Source: a virus
Taxonomy: Duplodnaviria > Caudoviricetes
DNA length: 64,000 nt
Strand: one strand, 5' to 3'
Virus record (IMG/VR): IMGVR_UViG_3300049198_000021
Location: 32,001 to 96,000 of that record
Shown here: one piece after another, positions 57,158 to 64,000 of the stretch
How positions within the stretch are numbered: position 1 is the stretch's first letter
How the letters are laid out: every line of letters begins with the position of its first letter
Program-made: the position numbers and the translations under genes
The notes under the pieces: generated by a model
Seen by the model: the letters and a program-made list of their open reading frames with translations, nothing else
Database searches by the model: none
Told to the model about the DNA's origin: nothing

Positions 57158-57292
57158 GGGAAGGGCGGACCGCCGCCCTTTTCCTTGTTAGTGGTTCGTT
57201 AAGGTTAACCAATCCTGCCACTTGAGTGGAAAAAGTGCTTGACCGAATCAGTGGAGCCGCCTAGACCGGGCTGACCAACACGGAGATTTTCT

Positions 57293-57544
57293 ATGACCTC
57301 GATTCGCGACCTCGCCCACGCCCGCCACCTCGTCGCCACCGGCGAAGCCGCCGCTCGCATGGCCCGCACCTCGCAGCAGGCCGAAAACCTGCGGATCGCG
57401 TTCGTGGAGCGCTGGGAGGCGCTTGGCGACCTCACCACCTGCGCCGCCATTGATGAAGGCAAATGGCTTGACAGCCAAATCAAGGAACTGGATTGCGACT
57501 GGGGCGACCCTGTATCGCCTGAATGCGAATGGCACCTGCACTAA
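57293..57544 (+). CDS. cassette gene, hypothetical
   Basis: Module RBS. Confidence 0.7.
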   Translation: MTSIRDLAHARHLVATGEAAARMARTSQQAENLRIAFVERWEALGDLTTCAAIDEGKWLDSQIKELDCDWGDPVSPECEWHLH

Positions 57545-57711
57545 GGGCGCGGGCTTCGGCCCGCCTCTTGGCTGGTAACGGTTTGTTAAGGTTAACGCCC
57601 GACCGGAATTTGTTAACCATCAAAATGGAAAGTAAGTGGAAAATTGCTTGACCGAATCGGCTTAGACTGGCACTAACGAATCACCGCAATCAAGCGGACG
57701 GAGACAAGACT

Positions 57712-57798
57712 ATGAGCCGACACCAGAAACGCCGCCTTGCCGCCAAGCGTGCGCGCATCGCCATTCTTTCCTCGTGGATCGCAAAGGGCCGCCGCTAA
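57712..57798 (+). CDS. 28-aa basic peptide
   Basis: MSRHQKRRLAAKRARIAILSSWIAKGRR after module RBS; TAATG coupling. Confidence 0.6.
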   Translation: MSRHQKRRLAAKRARIAILSSWIAKGRR

Positions 57799-58064
57799 TG
57801 GCTGGCTTCTGGGATCGCGTGGACACCCTCGAAATGGTGGAACTCTACGCCGAGGACAACGGGCAGATTGCCAGCGAAGAGGAGCTTTCCAAGCGCTTTG
57901 ACGCCGAAATCCTTCCGCTCGTGCTGGAGCAATACAGCGAGTCCGATACGGTCGCAATCAATGAGGCTTTCAACGATTGGACCGATTCGCTCTGCAAGGA
58001 CGGCGAAATCCACCCGGATCAATACGATTCTTACTGCTACGTTGGGAGGCTGGCAGACGACTAA
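57798..58064 (+). CDS. cassette gene, very acidic
   Basis: EAFNDWTDSLCKDG motif. Confidence 0.75.
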   Translation: MAGFWDRVDTLEMVELYAEDNGQIASEEELSKRFDAEILPLVLEQYSESDTVAINEAFNDWTDSLCKDGEIHPDQYDSYCYVGRLADD

Positions 58065-58173
58065 GGCGAGGGGCTTCGGCCCCTCACCAAACTTTTTTCG
58101 TAATTAGTGGAAAAAGTGCTTGACCGAATCAGTTGGCTCGCCTAGAAACGAATCAACAGCAACGGAGGCAGTC

Positions 58174-58326
58174 ATGCAGATCAACACTTACCACGTTTAC
58201 ATCAACAACACCTTTTCCGGGATCATCTCGGCGGTGTCTTACCGGCAGGCTCTCAAGCGCGCCAAGGCAAAGCATCGCGGCCCGGTTGACGTGATCGGGT
58301 TCGTCTCCGCAAAGGCGAAGGTTTAA
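58174..58326 (+). CDS. cassette gene, small basic
   Basis: GGAGG RBS; resembles the N-terminus of 63030-63302. Confidence 0.65.
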   Translation: MQINTYHVYINNTFSGIISAVSYRQALKRAKAKHRGPVDVIGFVSAKAKV

Positions 58327-58488
58327 GGGGAGGGGCTTCGGCCCCTCTTTCTTTTTGCCTGTTACGATCTGTTAACCTTAACAAATATGGTTAACAAATT
58401 AACGTTTGGCGTTAACCATTAAAGTGGAAAAAGTGCTTGACCGAAGCAGTGACTCGTGTGAAAACGAATCATCAATCGGAGACAGATC

Positions 58489-58668
58489 ATGAAGAATCGC
58501 AACACCCTTGACGCCCGTTACAGCATCCGCCTCGAATGGTGCGGACACGCCACGCAACAATGGGTCGCCCGCTTCTGTGGTGATTGGCTGGGCTGCGATG
58601 CAACCCGCTCGGGCGCTGAGGAAATCGCCCGGCTTTATGAGCGCGACCGCTGGGCGGTGGCGGCATGA
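58489..58668 (+). CDS. cassette gene (59 aa)
   Basis: Own translation MKNRNTLDARYSIRLEWCG... Confidence 0.7.
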   Translation: MKNRNTLDARYSIRLEWCGHATQQWVARFCGDWLGCDATRSGAEEIARLYERDRWAVAA

Positions 58669-58841
58669 AACCGAAACACCCTTGCAGCGTAAAGCGCGAC
58701 GCAATTTTTCTGGCCGCTGTAAAGCATCCCTTCACCCGGTGGAACGAACACACAGGCGAACAACAAGCCAGATTTATCAAGCAGGCCACGCATATCCGGG
58801 AGCATCTGCGGGATTACGAACCGGGAGCATTCATCGACTAG
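58665..58841 (+). CDS. cassette gene (58 aa)
   Basis: ATGA coupling; followed by terminator. Confidence 0.55.
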   Translation: MKPKHPCSVKRDAIFLAAVKHPFTRWNEHTGEQQARFIKQATHIREHLRDYEPGAFID

Positions 58842-58990
58842 CAAGAGGCGGGAGCGATCCCGCCTTTCGCATTGTTAACCCAGTGTTAAGGTTAACATAT
58901 TGGTCTAAGTTGTTAACCATCAAAGTGGAAAAAGTGATTGACCGAATCAGCAAATCGGCCTAGACCCGAATCATCAACCGGAGACAGATC

Positions 58991-59119
58991 ATGCAAAACA
59001 TCCGCAAGAACCCCATCGCCGCCTCGCTCGCCAGCGCCCACCTCGTCCCTCGCAAGGTTCGCGCTCGCAAGGGCAAGGGCTCTTTCCGCCGCAACCCGAA
59101 ACACCGGGGCGCGGCGTGA
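58991..59119 (+). CDS. ArfA-like (alternative ribosome-rescue factor A) peptide, 42 aa
   Basis: MQNIRKNPIAASLASAHLVPRKVRARKGKGSFRRNPKHRGAA; KGKGS(Y/F)xRxxKH signature; module RBS; missing from ORF track. Confidence 0.7.
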   Translation: MQNIRKNPIAASLASAHLVPRKVRARKGKGSFRRNPKHRGAA

Positions 59120-59460
59120 GCGACCGCATCCGCCCCGTGGTTTTCGACTCGGCCCAGATCGAGCCCTTTGCCGCTCGCATCATCGGCATAGCCGCTTCGC
59201 AATTCTGTCGCCTCAAGGAGCGCGAGAAAGAGACCGGAGAGAAGTCGGACCCCTTCGACATGGAAGACGCTCTGATGCACCTCTGGTGGGCTCTCAAGGG
59301 GCTTGACCACATCGCAATAGCGTTGCGCGGCGGCAGGGATTGCGACGACCCGTCTGGCGTTCATTTTTCCATGGTGATGAACGCAGAACACGCCCGGATT
59401 CGCCGCCTTATCATGGAAGAACTCGGAGTCGATCCCGGATCACACCCGCGCTGGAAATGA
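59116..59460 (+). CDS. cassette gene, hypothetical
   Basis: GTGA coupling. Confidence 0.65.
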   Translation: MSDRIRPVVFDSAQIEPFAARIIGIAASQFCRLKEREKETGEKSDPFDMEDALMHLWWALKGLDHIAIALRGGRDCDDPSGVHFSMVMNAEHARIRRLIMEELGVDPGSHPRWK

Positions 59461-59613
59461 GGGGCTTCGGCCCCTCTTTCTTTTCTGGTAACCGTTCGTT
59501 AACCTTAATAAACGGCCCGAAATCGTTAACCATCAAAGTGGAAAAAGTGCTTGACCGAATCAGCGAATCGGCCCATACCCGAATCACCGCAACCAAGCGG
59601 ACGGAGACAGTCA

Positions 59614-59904
59614 ATGCAGACCAACGATCCCAGCGCCGTCACCCACCACAACGGAGGCACCACCTTCACCGGCGACGCCATCCACCTCTACCGCGCCGTG
59701 ACCCTCAAGGGCGCTCTCAAGCTGCACCGCGATTGCGGCATGATCCCGACTCGCGGCATGACCATCACAAAGATGTTCGCCATCGCCCAGCAGATCACCG
59801 GCAAGAAGTATAAGCGCGGCGGCCATGATGCGGCCATCACCGACCTGACCGCGTGGATCGAAGCCGCCAAGGCATCCATGCCGATCATCGACGAGCGGAC
59901 CTGA
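59614..59904 (+). CDS. cassette gene, hypothetical
   Basis: Module RBS; ITGKKYKRG. Confidence 0.75.
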   Translation: MQTNDPSAVTHHNGGTTFTGDAIHLYRAVTLKGALKLHRDCGMIPTRGMTITKMFAIAQQITGKKYKRGGHDAAITDLTAWIEAAKASMPIIDERT

Positions 59905-60132
59905 AAGGAGATTGGTTAACGGGGAAGCCCTCCCCGTTAACCATATTTCCGGCTGGTAACCAGTCGTTAAGGTTAACAGCGCCGCAGCATTCCTTAACCA
60001 TCAAAGTGGAAAGTAAGTGGAAAAAGTGGTTGCACGAATCAGCGAATCGGTCTAGACCCGAATCACCGGGCGGCACCTACTGACTGGCAGAGCAGCGGCA
60101 AGGCTCGCCCGGTAAACAACAGGAGACAGACC

Positions 60133-60294
60133 ATGTTCGAAGTGATCACTACGCTCCGCACCTTCTATGTGCAGGCTGACACTTTCAACCTCGCCGTCCT
60201 CTCGGCTTATCAATTCATTCTGGACGACGAATCGATCCTCGGCATCAAGACCGACGGACCTGCAACGTTCATCATCGTGGAGATCGCAGCATGA
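60133..60294 (+). CDS. cassette gene (53 aa)
   Basis: Own translation MFEVITTLRTFYV... Confidence 0.65.
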   Translation: MFEVITTLRTFYVQADTFNLAVLSAYQFILDDESILGIKTDGPATFIIVEIAA

Positions 60295-60509
60295 TCAGCA
60301 AGAAAGACGCAATCGCCAAGGCAATCGCGGCTGGAGCCTCGCAAGAGGAAATCGACCGCCAAGCCGCAAACTACGTCCGCCAAGTGGGCAGCGTGCCTTT
60401 CAACAACATGATTCGCGCCCTTAACCTAGGCCCGTGGCTCAACACGGTTGACGACTGGACCCCGCTGGCAGCAGCCCTGACCGCGAGGGGATTGGCGCGA
60501 AAGCGCTAA
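60291..60509 (+). CDS. cassette gene, hypothetical
   Basis: ATGA coupling. Confidence 0.7.
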   Translation: MISKKDAIAKAIAAGASQEEIDRQAANYVRQVGSVPFNNMIRALNLGPWLNTVDDWTPLAAALTARGLARKR

Positions 60510-60629
60510 TTCCTTAACGGAATAGGGGAATTTGTTAAGGTTAACCCGAATTAAGAATAAAGTGGAAAAAGTGCTTGACCGAATCGGTTAACCATCCTAG
60601 AAACGAATCAACAGCAACGGAGACACACC

Positions 60630-60842
60630 ATGAAGATCAAGATCAAGACCACCGCCCGCTACACCGCCAAGCGCAAGGCTGCTATCATCGCCGACGTGGA
60701 CAACGGCACTACCACCCTCGAAGAGGTTTGCAGCCTGCACAACATCACAAGCGAAGAGTTCGACGGCTGGCGCAAGTCGCTGGACCGCTCGGGACAGCAG
60801 GGGCTTCGGATCACCCGGCTGCAACACTACCGGGCAGCATAA
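60630..60842 (+). CDS. sciP: SciP-like CtrA inhibitory protein (DUF1153)
   Basis: RYTAKRKAAII..V.NG...LEEVC....ITSEEF..W...LDR.G..GLRITRLQHYR aligns gaplessly with recalled SciP RWVxRRKAEVV..V.GG...LEEAC....LTxEEF..W...IDRHG..GLRxTRxQxYR. Confidence 0.85.
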   Translation: MKIKIKTTARYTAKRKAAIIADVDNGTTTLEEVCSLHNITSEEFDGWRKSLDRSGQQGLRITRLQHYRAA

Positions 60843-60972
60843 GGGAAGGGGCTTCGGCTCTTTTTCTTTTGCCTTTAACCCAGTGTTAAGGTTAACAAGT
60901 CAACTGAATTAGTTAACTAATTAGCTGGAAAAAGTGCTTGACCGAATCAGCGAATCGGCCTAGACCCAAGCC

Positions 60973-61140
60973 ATGGAAATGACCCTTTCAGAAATCCGCC
61001 ACAAGCGTGACCGGGCAATCGTTCAGCGCCGACTCGGCGAGGAACGCCGCCGCCACGTTAACCAATGCGTCGCCGACATCATCGCACAAGGAAAGATGGA
61101 AGAGCGCCGCCAGACCACCCGACGGGAGGAAGACCAATGA
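60973..61140 (+). CDS. cassette gene (55 aa), possibly leaderless
   Basis: ATG 6 nt after the TAGACC -10 hexamer; no RBS. Confidence 0.5.
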   Translation: MEMTLSEIRHKRDRAIVQRRLGEERRRHVNQCVADIIAQGKMEERRQTTRREEDQ

Positions 61141-61337
61141 CAGACCGCCGATTCGTAATTGTCGAAAACGCCGGATATGAAGGCGAGCAAGACATCACCC
61201 ACTTTCTCACCTTGCGGGAGGCATTCGCCTATCAGCGCGGCCATTATGAGCCGGACGAGATCGAAGAATTGCACGTCGATATTCGCCAAGACTGGACGGA
61301 CGAAAACGGCGATTTTCATCAGGAATATGTCTATTAG
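61137..61337 (+). CDS. cassette gene, acidic
   Basis: GGAGG RBS; ATGA coupling. Confidence 0.7.
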   Translation: MTDRRFVIVENAGYEGEQDITHFLTLREAFAYQRGHYEPDEIEELHVDIRQDWTDENGDFHQEYVY

Positions 61338-61404
61338 GTGGAAAAAGTGCTTGACCGAATCGGTGGCCTATGCGAAAACGAATCATCGAAACGGAGACAA
61401 GCAA

Positions 61405-61599
61405 ATGACCACCATCCTGATCCTCGCCGCCGCCGCCCTGATCTTCGCCACCGTGGCATTTTTCAAGGCCCGCGCCGAACTCGCCGCTCACGCCGCCGAA
61501 CAGGCAAGCAAGCATATCCCCAACCCCACCATCTACAGCGGCCCGCGCTTCACCGCACATGGCCGGGAAATCCAACAGACCGGACGGCGGATCATCTGA
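61405..61599 (+). CDS. cassette gene, single-TM protein
   Basis: MTTILILAAAALIFATVAFF. Confidence 0.7.
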   Translation: MTTILILAAAALIFATVAFFKARAELAAHAAEQASKHIPNPTIYSGPRFTAHGREIQQTGRRII

Positions 61600-61755
61600 G
61601 AAAGGGGCGGGAGAAATCCCGCCCTTTTCTTTGGCCGGTAACCGGGTGTTAAGGTTAATAAAACGGTGAAATTCGTTAATCATCAAAGTGGAAAAAGTGC
61701 TTGACCGAATCGGTTGGCGAGTTTAGACCCGAATCATTGGAAACGGAGACAGACC

Positions 61756-61953
61756 ATGAGCAAGCCCACCGAACAAGCAATCGCCGCCGACCTCGACCTT
61801 TGCGACATGATCCTTGCATTCGGAACGCCCGCCGCCAAGCGAAAGGCCCGCGCCCACCGCAAGGCTTGTTTCGCAGAAATCGCCCGGATGAACGCCGAGG
61901 CCGGGACTGACAAACTGAGCGATGATGAATTGCTCGCTGAATTGATGGCCTGA
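61756..61953 (+). CDS. cassette gene, hypothetical
   Basis: Module RBS; LSDDELLAEL tail. Confidence 0.75.
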   Translation: MSKPTEQAIAADLDLCDMILAFGTPAAKRKARAHRKACFAEIARMNAEAGTDKLSDDELLAELMA

Positions 61954-62141
61954 TAGGAACCGGCCCCTGACAACAGGGGCCGGGACCCTAATTCACTGAG
62001 AACAAGGGCCGGGCTCTAAAATCGTAAATTCAGGTTAACCTTAACAGATCGGTCGAAATCGTTAACTATTAAAGTGGAAAAAGTGCTTGACCGAATCGTT
62101 TGGCGCGTTTAGACCCGAATCATTGAAAACGGAGACAGACC

Positions 62142-62417
62142 ATGGAAAGATTCGAACTGACGGGCTCGGGCATCAGCGACGGGCAGAATCCGGAAAAACT
62201 GCTTGCTGCCGCGAAAAAGTGCGGCCTTCGGAATCCCCGACTCGCCTATCACTACGGCTGGTCCAATCAGCCGAAAACGATTCGTTTCAGCGCCGAAAAC
62301 TGGGAAGCTGCCGATAAGGTCGCCGATCTGGTGCGAACCGAGTTTTACCCGGAAAACGCCGAGGGCCGTTTGTGCCCGATGATTCGGGCCTATCCGGTAA
62401 AAGCCCCAGAAGCCTGA
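62142..62417 (+). CDS. cassette gene, hypothetical
   Basis: Module RBS. Confidence 0.75.
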   Translation: MERFELTGSGISDGQNPEKLLAAAKKCGLRNPRLAYHYGWSNQPKTIRFSAENWEAADKVADLVRTEFYPENAEGRLCPMIRAYPVKAPEA

Positions 62418-62590
62418 TCCCGGAAAAGCCCGATTCGCCGAATCGGGCTTTTTCCTTTTTCGGTAACCCTGCGTTAACCTTAATAAAACGGCGAAAATCG
62501 TTAACCCTAAAAATCGGCCTTTCTGGAAAAAGTGCTTGACCGAATCGGCCTTTTCTGGAAAAACCGGACCACCGCAAAGGGAGAAAAGAC

Positions 62591-62746
62591 ATGATCAGCA
62601 TGGAAGCGATTATTGGGGGCCTTATTTCGGGGTTCGCTGTGCGCCTCTATGGTGCAGGGCTTGCTCTCTATGTGGGCCTGTCTGCAAGCGACCTTATCAG
62701 CAGCACCTATGGGAGCGTGGCTGCTACCCTAGCCACCCTGCCCTAG
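62591..62746 (+). CDS. 51-aa hydrophobic peptide
   Basis: Own translation MISMEAIIGGLISGFAVRLYGAGLALYVGLSASDLISSTYGSVAATLATLP; GGAGA RBS. Confidence 0.55.
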   Translation: MISMEAIIGGLISGFAVRLYGAGLALYVGLSASDLISSTYGSVAATLATLP

Positions 62747-63029
62747 CCCACTCTGCCCTACCTAGGGCTGTGTGTGCGCTGCGCTCGGCTGCTATGGATT
62801 GGGGTCATTTTGCGTATGTGCGTGCGCGTGTGTGTGTGTGCGACTGACTGCCAGCGTGGCTGCCCTCGCCTGCCAGCGTGGCTGTCACCCTCCCAGCCCA
62901 TAGGGCATGGGCTGCCCTTCCCCTGCCCTAGCAGGTGGAAAAACAAACTCACAAACAAATGGATTTTGTTATTGATTTGGTAACGAATCGATGCGATAAG
63001 GGGACATCGAAAGCGAACGGAGAAACAAC

Positions 63030-63302
63030 ATGACCAACCTGATCCCCACCTTCCGCGTCTATAAGAACAAGGTCCTTGTCGGCACCGTGTCGGCCACGAC
63101 TGAACAGCAGGCACATGCCCGCGCATATGGCAAGTATGGCCGTTGCGAAGTCATGAAGGCTGACATGGAGCGCCGCCTTAGCACTGCGGGCCGTGTGGAG
63201 CGCGCTGACAGCAGCTTCACCCATGGCCGTAGCCCCTACCCCACCCCCGGCTTTGAGGCACGCCGCGCCGCTGAAATCGCCCGCTGGAAAGCGGGCGAAT
63301 AA
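63030..63302 (+). CDS. last cassette gene, hypothetical
   Basis: GGAGA RBS. Confidence 0.7.
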   Translation: MTNLIPTFRVYKNKVLVGTVSATTEQQAHARAYGKYGRCEVMKADMERRLSTAGRVERADSSFTHGRSPYPTPGFEARRAAEIARWKAGE

Positions 63303-63409
63303 GCCCACCTTAACAAACGTTAACCTAAACAAAGGGCGAGTCGAGCGATCGACTCGCCCTATTGATTCGCGAATCGATTCGGTTCGAATCACTACCTTGC
63401 GAAAAAATA

Positions 63410-63965
63410 AGACCCCCTAGGGGACCCAAAGGGGTTTACCCCCACCTGAAAAATCCGGCCCTCTTAGCTCCTACATGAATCAAAAAAGGTAGACATTCTC
63501 ATATAGCTGTGCTAGTATCCCTGTCCATGATCAACTAAGATCATGCAGCAAGTGGAGGGGGACCCAACGACCCTCCCATCACGCCCAACTCTCAATAAAA
63601 CCACCCGTATATTATATATTTTTTCATCACGCCCACTAAAGCTTTGATCCTCTCATCACTCCCATCTCGGCAAACCGGCGAACCGGCAAACCGATAAACG
63701 GACGAACCGACGATCTGGCATCGCCTCTAGCAGGCAAAGCCTCTAGCTGACAAACGGCTGCTTGATGATATGTATTTTTGCGACCCACCGGGGGACCCAA
63801 AGGAGGGGGACCCATCGCCGGGGGACCAACGAAGTTCTCGCCGCATAGCGGGGACCCAATGGCGTTACACCGCCATTATTACGTGACAGTGATGCGCCTT
63901 AGCTGTGATGCAGTGGTGTCTTCCTGACGGATGCCTATCTTCCCCACCAAAATGATTGGACCCAA
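63410..63965. repeat. non-coding region with GGGGACCCA repeats, CATCACGCCC repeats and an AT tract
   Basis: GGACC(C)A near 63420, 63558, 63790, 63806, 63821, 63850, 63958; CATCACGCCC at 63577 and 63625. Confidence 0.7.
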
Positions 63966-64000
63966 GACTCGTGGCCCACAAGAAGAAGCAGATTTTCTTT

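Larger units (their letters stand above)
39715..63030 (+). repeat. array of about 41-42 repeated intergenic regulatory modules (terminator, TTAA boxes, GGAAAAAGTGC, TTGACCGAATC, CTAGA, CGAATC, GGAGACAGACC-ATG)
   Basis: Module cores near 39981, 40504, 41315, 41930, 42741, 43219, 43524, 44041, 44600, 45411, 46085, 46785, 47235, 47804, 48443, 49093, 49634, 50282, 50938, 51571, 52209, 52789, 53733, 54264, 55184, 55687, 55994, 56388, 57228, 57638, 58109, 58426, 58927, 59540, 60019, 60564, 60927, 61340, 61690, 62076, 62525 and a degenerate one near 62937. Confidence 0.95.

Noticed and set aside
40005-62847. ORF-track N-terminal extensions such as MTES... and MEKVLDR...
   Set aside because: They start at TTG/GTG inside the repeated promoter; true starts follow the GGAGA RBS
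39715-63302. Integron cassette array (TAAC...GTTAAGG resembles attC cores)
   Set aside because: No long attC-style palindromes, each unit has its own promoter and terminator, and no tyrosine integrase is in the window; the N7 spacing fits CtrA better
1-64000. tRNA or rRNA genes
   Set aside because: No cloverleaf or rRNA signature recognised by eye; a tRNA scan was not run

Overview
The window is part of a large lytic dsDNA phage genome of an alphaproteobacterial host. The layout resembles phiCbK-like jumbo phages and the SerRS looks alphaproteobacterial; both are inferences. (1) 1-33.7 kb, minus strand: tightly packed, mostly small accessory genes. They include an RNA ligase, a Pol-beta-type nucleotidyltransferase, a PNK-type kinase, a DEDD exonuclease, a CxxS thioredoxin, a full seryl-tRNA synthetase, a minimal class II aaRS core, a P22 gp17-like protein and several paralogue families. 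Ten copies of one conserved promoter drive this arm. (2) 34.4-38.5 kb, plus strand: a RuvC-like resolvase plus small and large terminase, followed by about 1.5 kb of repeat-rich, probably bent non-coding DNA (candidate terminus or packaging site). (3) 39.9-63.3 kb: about 41-42 self-contained expression cassettes. Each runs terminator, CtrA-type TTAA boxes, A-tract, TTGACC-N17-TAGA, GANTC sites, GGAGA RBS, then 1-2 small genes. The cargo includes a SciP (CtrA inhibitor, DUF1153) homologue, an ArfA-like peptide, three lipobox micro-peptides and many acidic proteins. The most exciting candidate system is a phage early-gene array wired to the host CtrA/GcrA/CcrM cell-cycle circuit that carries its own CtrA antagonist. 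All family assignments are from motif recognition by eye; no searches were run.
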